This document shows positions 48,164 to 58,474 of a stretch of 64,000 bases of DNA, one piece after another. The DNA is from Diadema antillarum (taxonomy: Eukaryota). The notes below the pieces were generated by a model. That model searched no databases. It had not been told where the DNA came from and saw only the letters and a program-made list of their open reading frames with translations. Positions within the stretch are counted from its first letter, which is position 1, and each line of letters starts with the position of its first letter. The position numbers and the translations under genes are program-made. The stretch is from NCBI RefSeq assembly GCF_040938485.1, contig NW_027271017.1:7068001-7132000 (forward strand), read 5' to 3'.

Positions 48164-50065
48164 TTAATAAGTCTCTGACATCATCAACACTACAAGAGCT
48201 GACCATCCTGTGAATGGGTGTGACCCTTGACCTTTGCCAGACACATCATTATAATTCTCCCAAATATAGCCCGACTTCTGATATTGCTTGATGATATTTG
48301 AGACAATGTTTTCTCGCAGCTCAGAGTACATCTGCCCAGCAGTGTCCGAGTACGGGCCAGGCACGTTGGCATAGTGATGTAAGGCACGTACAGCCAGGTA
48401 GTTCATGTTTATCCACACAGCCCCTCGCCAGTACGGGGGATCGTGTTCTGTATTGTGCTTCATATAGAGTGGATCTGATTTTGACAATGAGCGCAGCCCA
48501 TAGCTGGTCCACAGCAGGTCAGGGTTCTTCATGTCTGTTAGTGTCTTGCCCAGTTTTTCTGAGCTGGGGTCCAGAATCTGCAGAAGAAAAGGAAAGAGAC
48601 TGACATAGCCAAAGGAGTTGACAAATTTGTTCGTCGGCCCAGTTTTGGATTTGACGACACGCACCATCTCCTGTGGAGGAGGTGGGCGAGGTTTTCCTGG
48701 CACTGGTGGCGGGGGTCTGGGGCGCTCGAGCACTACACGAGACGAGTGGTTTCCAAAGTCACTGAACATCTTTGCCTTTGGCGACCAGTGTAACTTCTCA
48801 AGCAAGGCATTGTCGGTGAGAACTTGGTAGGTCTTCTCATACTCCTGATATGGTGCACCGATGGTCTTTCCAATCTCTATCATGACGCTAGATGCCAAAG
48901 CCATCCAGCAGCGCAAGTCGATATGACGCTCCTCATCGGATGGATGGGAGGCTCGTGGCGAATCATCCAACCCCGACGTGAGAGTCTTGGGATTTAACTC
49001 CCGGTTGGTTGTCGCATCCCGCCCCCTCCACCGATACGAGGTGGGCAGTGGCCCCTGCTGTGTGGTGTTGAACCATTGAAACCACTTGTCCAGTCGCGGG
49101 TAGATGTGCTTCAGGAATGTTTGGAACTCTTCGCGGGGTATGACTGCTGACTGGCCTCGTAAAATGGACTGAAGTGGTAAGAAGAGTGTGGGTGGATTGG
49201 CATTGGAGTTGTACTGCACAACAAATTCGGCAGGCACTTTGCTTCGTGCTTCCGCATCGAGAATCTGTTCCCTTGGTATCCAACCATCTGCATTCATGAG
49301 ATCCAGCCAATGTCCAATGATATCTGTGCTGATGTATGGGTCCCACTTGCTGATTAGAAGATTGTGGAATCCCTCATCCCAGAGAAAGCCCCTTGGAAAG
49401 AATGACCTAGAAGGCACTGCAGTGTACAGCGGGGCTTCCCAATAAGGCACTGGTTCAGAATTGTACTTGGACCGAACAACCGACCGACCGTAGAAGTAAC
49501 CGATACCACCAATCATATTACTCAGAGCTGCTCTCGCAAAGCCGACCTCAGCTGATGAGTAACCAGCTTTTGTCAGGCCAAACTTTTGTTCAAAATTCTG
49601 ATGGAATACATCACTATATTGCTGAATTAAGTTTGTCAATTCCTCTCCTGCAAGCTGAACTGCTCTTCTCTTATTGCTCCCTGACTCAAACGCCACATCC
49701 ATGATGTAGGGTGGCTTGACTGCCACATGATAGACTACAATATTTGCCTTCTTATCTGGCGAGGCTGCAATAGTCTGCGAATCTTCACCTACGAGGCCAA
49801 TGAGCTGAGTTTTCTTCTTGTAAGTATAGTATCTCATTCTCTGTAGGACCAGATCTTTAATTGCATGGAGACCTGGAGTATAGGATGCTAGATATGTGTT
49901 CATCCTCACCCGATGTGGCTGAGGGAACTTGAGAGAAAATCGACCAAGCTCCTTGCTGATTCCTTCAATGCCTTGTAGCTGTTCACCATAAAGCACAGGT
50001 TCCAGGGTTCCCTGACCGTCCAGTGCAAAGTAGAACATGAGACCTAGCACACTTTTTTCATTAGT
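48164..50065 (-). CDS. MOGS: MOGS exon 2/2 (633 aa plus stop; catalytic domain)
   Basis: (CT)n tract plus ttatag|ACT acceptor; in frame with the 628-aa track ORF; TAA at 48166-48164. Confidence 0.95.
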   Translation of the reverse strand, partial: TNEKSVLGLMFYFALDGQGTLEPVLYGEQLQGIEGISKELGRFSLKFPQPHRVRMNTYLASYTPGLHAIKDLVLQRMRYYTYKKKTQLIGLVGEDSQTIAASPDKKANIVVYHVAVKPPYIMDVAFESGSNKRRAVQLAGEELTNLIQQYSDVFHQNFEQKFGLTKAGYSSAEVGFARAALSNMIGGIGYFYGRSVVRSKYNSEPVPYWEAPLYTAVPSRSFFPRGFLWDEGFHNLLISKWDPYISTDIIGHWLDLMNADGWIPREQILDAEARSKVPAEFVVQYNSNANPPTLFLPLQSILRGQSAVIPREEFQTFLKHIYPRLDKWFQWFNTTQQGPLPTSYRWRGRDATTNRELNPKTLTSGLDDSPRASHPSDEERHIDLRCWMALASSVMIEIGKTIGAPYQEYEKTYQVLTDNALLEKLHWSPKAKMFSDFGNHSSRVVLERPRPPPPVPGKPRPPPPQEMVRVVKSKTGPTNKFVNSFGYVSLFPFLLQILDPSSEKLGKTLTDMKNPDLLWTSYGLRSLSKSDPLYMKHNTEHDPPYWRGAVWINMNYLAVRALHHYANVPGPYSDTAGQMYSELRENIVSNIIKQYQKSGYIWENYNDVSGKGQGSHPFTGWSALVVLMMSETY

Positions 50066-53000
50066 CTATAAGAGAAGAGAGAGAGAGAGAAATAAAAGAT
50101 GAATAAGCATTGACACTGATACTCCCATATACATGGTATCAATATGCCCCATCTTTGTACCAGATCTGTGAGTTTGTAAGTTCCTTATACCAGGCCTTTA
50201 TATTGGTGTTGTCAAAACAATTTAATGCCACAGAAACATTGGTGTACTATATGAAAAAAAACCAGAGAATTGTAAAAATGTAATTGAAAAAAGAGAAAGT
50301 GAAAACTGCTACAATAGCCAGCTCTAATAAGTTTGTTTCTTAAGCTAACTGCTATATAAAAACTGTAGGATTCTAAATTCTGAGTAGGTTTAAACACCTA
50401 GTTTCAAGTGAGGAGTTGACAAACTAAAATTATTTGTACAATACCCTACAACAAGTCATGAAGACCATCTTGACAAACAAATTTGTTTGCCATATGTTCC
50501 AGTACATGATGTCTTGATTCCTCGGAATTAAAAACATGTGAAACTCTTCTTACCAGGCCAAGCGCGAAAACATTAGTAGCGCGAAAATATCCACTTTTAC
50601 AGTAGTTTCTATCCAATTATTTTGACAATAACTTATGGGCAATTCCGTGAAAAATGTTACCCGAGGGTGGAAAAATGAAACTCAAGAAACAACTTTGTTT
50701 TACCCTGGAAAGTATTCAGGAAGGGTCATATCAAACTGATATGATGAAAAAATTTGGTACAATATGGAAAAAATATAATTTTTTAGGTATTGAAATCGTG
50801 TGTTTTTTCTAAGACATTGCAGAAAAATTCAGTATAATTTGCATGTAATTCTTCTGAAGTAGAAATTTTCCCTATAAAATGACTTTCAGGCAACCATTTT
50901 TATGCTATGATAAAGCTAATGACTCATTTTTACATCATCCTCCTTGATATCAAAAGAAAATAATTCTTTCTTAAAAGATGAGCATTTCAATTTTTTGAAT
51001 TTCCACCTCTTTCAAAGTGTAATGTCCGTAACGTTTTAGATGTAAATGTTCTTGTAACACACTGTGTTTTGGTCTAATTTTGTTCTAAATTCAAATGCAA
51101 AGCTAAAATGTGATATCACACAACATATCCACTCAGTTTTTCGGGAACCTGCATAATTCCTTTTAAAAAGCGTTACGGACATTACATAACTAATGCGTTA
51201 CGGACATTACACATTTGTGGCAAAAGTATTAGCTACATATGATTATTAGGAATAGCTTGGATTCTACCCTACAATATTGATATACTGTCACAATGAATGC
51301 CCTAGCCCTTGCATGAAAATTGATTTGGGACTTTACTCAGCAACAAGTGCAGTGTTTCAACAAGGTTTTGACTAATCTTCTGCATTCCTCTACAATCTTA
51401 TTTCTTGTGTCTACTTATTTCTCCCATGAAATATGTGTACATGGATGCAAGCTATCTTACAGCAACAGCATATCAAGTTGAGTAATTATACTATGATGGC
51501 AAGAATGTATGTTAAAACATTGTTAAAGAAGAGAAACAGTCAAAAACATCTCTGGACAAGGCCTTTTACACAATGTATGGTCAGTTGTGGTCTGACTTGT
51601 CTGTTAAGGAAATACAGTCCAACCTCAAGTTCTAACCATGTCGTGAACGGTAGCCATCTGGATAAAATGATATTGCTGGATAAGGGAGATAGTATGCTCA
51701 TGCATGACACTTGTAAGCAAATTGTGTAGGATATTATTAATTGACTATTCAATATTATAGTTTACATGAAAATTTCATGTTTTATTATTCAATAATGTGG
51801 AAATCAAATGGAATGTGAATGAAATACACTTCCTCATTATTCCTTCTAGCAACAGTATTTTGGTTGTTAGAAATATAATGTTGTACCATAGCGATTAACA
51901 TTTATGTCCTAAATCACAATTACCTTGTAAAGAATAAAAAAGTGATACGTACTTTTAGTCATATTTTGCACCGAATTATGCAAAAAAAAATTATGTGCCA
52001 GTCCATATCTGGATGATAGAGCAATCCAGAAAAGTGATTGCTGGATAACTGAGGTTGGACTTTATGTAATGAGGATAGTCCATCGATTATGAAATTTCTG
52101 AAAAGACAAGGATTCATGAATATTTCTTTGAGTGTAGTGAAGGAGAGCCATTTTTAGAACAGGATGGAATCATTAGGATTAGACCCTCTCCAACAATTGG
52201 TCAAGAACACCTTTCTTGCTTCCAAGGTGATTGATTTGGAAGCAGAATAAACAATATTCTCCAAAACAGACTTTTCTGACCCTGGAAAAGACTGTTGTAC
52301 TTCAACAAACTGTTGGGGGAAAAAGAAAGTAAAACTAAACATTCATTGTGTAAAAATACATACTGAGCATTTGTTGAACCATTATTTTATTTGATTTTGA
52401 TTATGCATTAGTTTTGATTAAAATAAAAGTTGTTTATTCGTGCAGAGTTATGCTCAGTGATGGCTATGTAGATGTGAATAAAAAGTGTAATGTCCGTAAC
52501 ATTTCTTTAAAATTACATTTTGAGTAATTAAAAGTTTGAATATCATAATAGAAAGTCAAAAGGCTGATCTATATGTTATTTATAGATCATAACTTTATTG
52601 CAGGCATTAAGTAAGTTGATTAAATTCCAATATGATAGAAAAGTCAACAAATTGTTAAAGTAGGGGTCCATACTGACCAAATAGTCCTCAAATTGGCAAC
52701 TCCTGAAATAAAAAATCTCCTGAAAGGGCTATAGTAGCATTGTCCAATGTGTATTGATTACCATCCAAGTGAAAAGGATAAAAAATATTAATACTTGCAT
52801 GTGACTCCTGCCACTAAATGAAAGTGGACAAATCTGTAATGTCCGTAACGCTTAGAATGTAATGTCCGTAACACCACAATTATGGCTATAGGAGGTACAT
52901 GTGCCATCTGTTTCACTAAATTTGATTTTATTTTCTTTAAACATTTCTTTACCTTTCAATTTATTCCTACATTGGTCTAATTATGTGCTTAAACTCACAG

Positions 53001-53993
53001 ACTTTTCAATGGTTGTATAGGCATGCAAAAAATCATGTCCAAAAAATGTAATGTCCGTAACGGCCAACATTTTATGCAGCAAGTACCATATGATGTGGTG
53101 AAATGGATTGAAATTTTCACTGTTTATGATTTAGCCTCATATGTGAGTGATTCCACTGTATGAGTTCAGAATGAAAATATTTTGTTATCTTAATGACCTT
53201 TTAAAGTTGCAAATTTTGTCTGAAATGTAATGTCCGTAACGCTGGAACTGCCCTTATGGTTAAAAAAAAGAAAAGAATACAGTCATGTGAGCCCGACTTG
53301 TTTACCTAAAAACGTCCTTGACACCTATCGCACACTTACAGAATTCACACCATCTTTGTATCTAACTGATATGGACGCAGACCAGTCTCCCCCATTCTTG
53401 CCACCTCCTCTCTTGGCAAAAGCTGTTTTGATCTGCAGGGGTCCGTCGATGATTTCCTGAATTCCAAAGTTAACACCATCGTGTTCCAACCATCCATACC
53501 TCTCTAAGCCATCCCCTTGCTCGCAAGAGTGCCTAAGTTTGATATCTCGATTTGGTGCACTTGGATTCTGCTGGAACCACATCAGTCCAGCGACTGGAGA
53601 TTTTGGTGAGCGGGTCTTCACGCCGAAGTACACACCAGGCCGGTAGGTGCCCCAGAATCGCCCGGGATTCCTGGCAGCCGAGCTTGCGTCGTCCGCTATG
53701 GTTCGCGGAACACTCAGCGGCGTTGTGACTGCTGATCGAAGAACATGCTGGTACCACATGTACATCAGCGGTACTAAAACAAGCAACGATGAAAAAAGAA
53801 ACATAGTGAAGTTTCTCGAAGCAGATGGAGGTGCATCTTTGCGAGATTTGATCCCGTTTCCTTTTGAATTTTCTCGCGAACCACCAGGCTTAGCGTTAGC
53901 TGTAGAATCAGCAAAGCGCTGGCGAGGTGTCGCCTGTCCCGCCTTTCCTCCCCCTCGTTGACGAATTTGTCTCTGACCGCCTAAGTTTGCCAT
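48164..53993 (-). CDS. MOGS: Mannosyl-oligosaccharide glucosidase (ER glucosidase I, GH63); 2 exons, 851 aa
   Basis: join(complement): 53340-53993, 48164-50065. Basic cytosolic tail, TM helix (FTMFLFSSLLVLVPLMYMWY), WGTYRPGVYFG, SRSFFPRGFLWDEGFH, GWIPREQIL, ERHIDLRCW, PPYWRGAVWIN, WENY...FTGWSALV. Confidence 0.97.
50485..50602 (+). mobile_element. Right half of a TA-flanked MITE
   Basis: Matches about 32885-32999; ends CCACTTTTACAG|TA. Confidence 0.65.
50637..53253. mobile_element. 2.6-kb Sola2-like DNA transposon derivative in the MOGS intron
   Basis: TTAT|GGGCAATTCC ... GGAACTGCCC|TTAT (9/10 TIR, 4-bp TSD, GRG terminus); eight copies of TGTAATGTCCGTAAC(G). Confidence 0.7.
51615..52062 (+). 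mobile_element. Tc1/pogo-like MITE nested in the Sola2-like element
   Basis: TA|CAGTCCAACCTC ... GAGGTTGGACTT|TA; four collinear anchors shared with 4143-4610. Confidence 0.65.
53340..53993 (-). CDS. MOGS: MOGS exon 1/2 (218 aa)
   Basis: ATG at 53993; TCT|gtaagt donor at 53339, phase 0. Confidence 0.93.
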
Positions 53994-54511
53994 TGTACTT
54001 CTAAACTAGTCGTGCACCATGAGCTGTGGGTCATCACACAAGTTGTCCTTTGTGGGCTATCTATATTGTTTCCTGTCGTTTCTTGACCTTATGACAGCCA
54101 TAAAGAGCAGCTCTGGTCGTGTCCAAGCCAGAGTCCAAACACTTCACAAGATGACATCCGTTCATAAACCGAGCGGACTACGTGTACGTTGTACGTGGTG
54201 CATCCCCGTCGCTGTTATGTTGACGTTGAGTTCATGTGCATGCTGTGCATCTGTCGAGTGGCGTGAACTGGTAGTCTCTATGCAGTCGTCTTGACTAGCA
54301 TGCTTGTAACGAAACAGACAAATGACCCAGCTGCACCAGTAAGCAGGGTAAATGTGGATTTCAATTTCAATTATTTGCGTAACAAACTTAATATTTAAAC
54401 TGTACGCATTTTAATGATCCGTTTGAGCATGATTTTGGCTGCGTATGTGAAAATACAGATCAACAAAGTCTGCTAGAGAGGCTATTAGTTCATTCTGGAA
54501 GTGCTTGCCTG

Positions 54512-54720
54512 GGGTCCGTTTTCATGTTCAGTGTCATCACATACAAGTAATACTAAAAGTCCTTACATAAAGCTCAGAATGGCCAAAGTCGCTCATATAC
54601 TAGTATAGCTATGAGAGACTTTGAGAGAGAAGTAATATCCACTCATAAAGTCTTTCATAAGTGTCTTATGAGCAAAAAGTCTCTCACATCTCTCACAAGA
54701 CTTTCATGAAACGGCGGACC
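54512..54720 (+). mobile_element. Harbinger-like MITE, decayed
   Basis: CTG|GGGTCCGTTTTCATG ... CATGAAACGGCGGACC. Confidence 0.5.
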
Positions 54721-55434
54721 AACGAAGTGAGCGACGTCCACGCATTGTTTTGAGACCAGGAAGGGAAAATAGGAGGAAAATTATAGAGTAAAAGAACCAG
54801 AAATCCTTACAGAATTATAACGCTAAGACTTGTTTAAACGTCATAAGAGAGCTACATGGTATTATGATATCAGTTCAGAGATAACATCTACTGTAAAACA
54901 CTATATTTTCGCGGCAGGTTATGGAAAGTACGTGCAGTGATTCGTTGTAAATCGCTTGTCGTAGATGACGCTCTTTATATTTCATGATTGTCACTAGTTG
55001 ACCATTCTCGAAAGAGACTTTGTTCGACATTCGGGTACTTTGTACTAGGTATAGTACAGGTACTTCCAACCGATCTAATTCATCTGCGCGACCCGTGCAT
55101 AGGTAGCTGTGTTAACATTCAGGTGAATCGCAGTATGTTAGTTGATCTGAACTTTAATTGAATAAGACAACAACATATGTAGTAAGATAACATTAGAACG
55201 GTGCAACTGGTATGATCAGTATTATTGTACATCAAACACAAGAAGGAGAGATCTAGGAATCTGAACTAAAGGTTTACAGAAAAATAAGATGATTCTGTAG
55301 ACCACTTAAATTTTATTTGGATTGCAGTTACTGCATAGTGGTTTATATCCATTTGTCAAAATAAGAATAAAATTAATGACAATACAAGGTAATGCCATAA
55401 TCACTTATCAAGTTAGATTTTGTGTGATATATAT

Positions 55435-55921
55435 GAACAGTTTGTTCGCAAAAACGATAAATCCATATTTGCCAAATGGAGATATTTGCGATTAAAGGGA
55501 AAAAAATAAAGAGAATAATAAGAAAATTTTTGCTTCTTTTGACCATAACTTTAAAAATGTACCTTTATATGAAGAGTTTGTTCGCAAAAACCGATAAGTC
55601 CATATTTGCCAAATGGAGATATTTGCGATTAAAGGTCAAGAAAAATAGAGAGAATAATGAGAAAATTTTTGTTTCTTTTGACCATAACTTCAAAAATGTA
55701 CCTTTATATTTAGTGACCAATATATCATTTAAAAGGTATTATTTTGTACTTTATGACAGAGACCGTACTTCAAAATCTTCAAAAATGGACTTTTCGGTTT
55801 TTGCGAACAAACTCTTCATATGTAGTGACCAATATATCATTTAAAAGGTATTATTTTGTGCTTTGTGACAGAGACCGTACTTCAAAATCTTCAAAAATGG
55901 ACTTATCAGTTTTTTTTTTTT
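55435..55921 (+). mobile_element. Sola1-like MITE (outer copy) interrupted by a copy of itself
   Basis: ATAT|GAACAGTTTG...; the sequence resumes after the nested copy at 55571-55817; right end decayed. Confidence 0.75.
55571..55817 (+). mobile_element. 247-bp Sola1-like MITE (nested copy)
   Basis: 33-bp TIR GAAGAGTTTGTTCGCAAAAACCGATAAGTCCAT (32/33); TSD ATAT. Confidence 0.88.
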
Positions 55922-56409
55922 GCCAGTTCAAATTTGTTTCTTTACACTATTGGTATGTACAGTCTTAAAAGCCATATAAAGGCTTTCTCATGTAGATTCC
56001 CTTTTTCATGAGTACATGTATTGTGTACTTTGTGCCGATTTGTACAGTACATATATCAATACTTTGTGTTAAGTTGTTTTATTTGTATTTTATTTATGTG
56101 TTTTTTTATCCTTGTTGAATGATGGAAATGAAATGAAATGAAATGAAGTTGCTGACAAGTATGATTATCATATGATTTATTTATGACTGGTTAGAATATC
56201 AAGGGGAAGAATATAAAAGAAAAATAGATGGACGGAAATGATATATGTCACATGGTGATTTGTATATTATTGTTGCAATGGTGTATTCTAGTCTATTTCA
56301 AGTGGAAATTTTCCATAGTTATATGAATCACTTTTAGTCACTATAATCATTGAATAATTCAGATTGTGCGATCTAGCCTACTTGATAAGTCACTTTAATT
56401 GCTGCAAAT

Positions 56410-56656
56410 GAAGAGTTTGTTTGCTAAAACCGATAAGTCCATGTTTGCCAAATGGAGATATTTGCGATTAAAGGTCAAGAAAAATAAAGAGAATAATAAG
56501 AAAATTTTTGCTTCTTTTGACCATAATTTCAAAAATGTATCTTTGTATGTAGTGACCAATATGTCATTTATAAGGTATTATTTTGTACTTTATGACAGAG
56601 ACCATACTTCAAAATCTTCAAAAATGGACTTATCGGTTTTTGCAAACAAACTCTTC
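56410..56656 (+). mobile_element. 247-bp Sola1-like MITE
   Basis: Same TIR family; TSD AAAT (AWWT). Confidence 0.88.
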
Positions 56657-56695
56657 AAATCATTGCATTAAGATGCATTCAATTTTACCAACTTA

Positions 56696-56986
56696 CTCTC
56701 TAAAAAAATATCGAGTGAAAATATTCACTCTTAAAGGAGTGAATACAAAAAAGAGTGAATTTAGAGTGAAATTGGAGTGAATTTTTAGTGAAAATGTTTA
56801 TTTTCACTCATTTTGGAGTGACCTCAAGGATCACTCGAAGATTTTGGAGTGATCCCTGAGGTCACTCTAAAACGAGTGAAAATTAACATTTTCACTTAAA
56901 ATTCACTCCAATTTCACTCTAAATTCACTCTTTTTTGTATTCACTCCTTTAAGAGTGAATATTTTCACTCTACTTTTTTTAGAGAG
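56696..56986. mobile_element. 291-bp foldback element, CACTA/EnSpm-like
   Basis: TA|CTCTCTAAAAAA ... TTTTTTAGAGAG|TA; near-complete palindrome with arms of about 140 bp built from GAGTGAA repeats. Confidence 0.8.
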
Positions 56987-58099
56987 TATACCTCCATGCC
57001 AAATGTTTGAGAAATTTACAAAGTTTGTCAACATGTATGCTTTCAGATGCTTGTGCATGGGTATTATACTTCTCAAAGTTTTGTTGTTGTTGTTGTTGTT
57101 TGGTTGTGGATACATGATCCTGCTTTAAGTTTCAACATTTTTGCATCAATTAATGGCAGAAGTTGTTGGGGCTATGGATACACCTGTAGAAATCACCCAG
57201 ACCAAAACCGAAGGCGCATTTTGTAATAAAAAAGGTATTTTCAAAATCTATTTTCATTGCTTTTAAATGTCATAAACAAATGATGACGTACAAGAAAAAG
57301 AAGAAAAAAAACCCCACCAATACACCTATTTGTCTTTAATGTATACACGCACAATCACAGTGTGTATACTGTATGAGTTACTTGCAATTCAGACAGCTTG
57401 AGTGGGCATGTTTCCTATAATGCTGTCATAAATTTAATATTCGTAACAAGTGAGCAAAAGTAGAATTTTTCATATCATTTTCCCAGTGAGTGTGTCATGA
57501 ACTTAAATTTTAAGTCACTTCTTTTGTATTGTATGAAGCATATTATTTTTCAACAGAAATTAAAACCTACACATTCATTTGTGATATTGTTTCACATAAT
57601 AACTTTCTGAAAACTGACCAGGTATTTTTAGCAATCCCTCACTGAGATGGAAGTTAAATTATCAAATCATGATTTGATAACGATGAACATTTTGTACACG
57701 AATGAACATGAGTTAACTCTGTTTCCCCCTCCCACCACCTAAATCATCAATTTGGATATTTTCTTTTTTCTATAATCAGTGTCAGCGCGCACTTGAAGGT
57801 AGGGACAAAAACTTTTAAGACGATCCCTGCCCTTAACATCGCTGTAGGTATGCTGTGGTATAATGGTACATATTCGAGGTATAAACATTGCAATTCACAG
57901 AGCATTCTTGCTCTGAGACGAAGTAAACCTCTGTAATTGTTGTTGCAACAGGATCCTGAATAATATCTCTAACATTTTCATATCAGTTTTCTTGCCAGAA
58001 TTGTGAAAATCATACATTTCATCACAAATGTTTTTCTCTCAGCTCGAGCACATTTTGACAGGTAGCGACTTCCATCGTGCTGCAGCTGATGCATATAAT

Positions 58100-58111
58100 T
58101 ACGCATGCGCA
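58100..58111 (+). promoter_or_regulatory. NRF1-like site upstream of PWWP2
   Basis: TACGCATGCGCA, 11/12 match to TGCGCATGCGCA, in a CpG-richer stretch about 220 nt before the ATG. Confidence 0.45.
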
Positions 58112-58328
58112 GTATGTGCTCTACCGCTTTTTCCCTTGTTCTCGACTTGCACCGTGGGCATGGGGCCGGGGAGAACCCGTGCCGTTGTTGTCAATAGCGC
58201 GAGTACTAAAATCGCGTCGTGTTTCTGATGCATGATAATGTATGCTGACTCGGCTGCCGCCGCATAAAGCCATCCACGGAGAAAAGCTGGCTGCTACATG
58301 CATGATAGCGGCATCGGAGGAGCCCAAA

Positions 58329-58474
58329 ATGGCTTCTCAAGTAATGGCGGAATGTCCGAAAGTGGGCTCGATTCTGCCCGTGGAAGTCGAGCAGGCACTT
58401 CCAGATCTGCTGATGGTGACCTTGAAGTCAGGCAGCAGAGTTTTTCGAGGAGTTTTGCTCGATGCACACTCGGG
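58329..58474 (+). CDS. PWWP2: PWWP2 coding exon 1
   Basis: aaaATGG context; GG|gtaagt donor at 58475. Confidence 0.8.

Noticed and set aside
48190-49445. Overlapping short ORFs in other frames or strand
   Set aside because: Shadows of MOGS exon 2.
51018-53241. Eight 16-bp repeats as a CRISPR or iteron array
   Set aside because: Irregular spacing, mixed orientation and enclosure by TIR/TSD; better explained as transposon internal repeats.
55476-56780. Repeated 65-122 aa ORFs (MKSLFAKTDKS...)
   Set aside because: They are translations of the 247-bp MITE copies.
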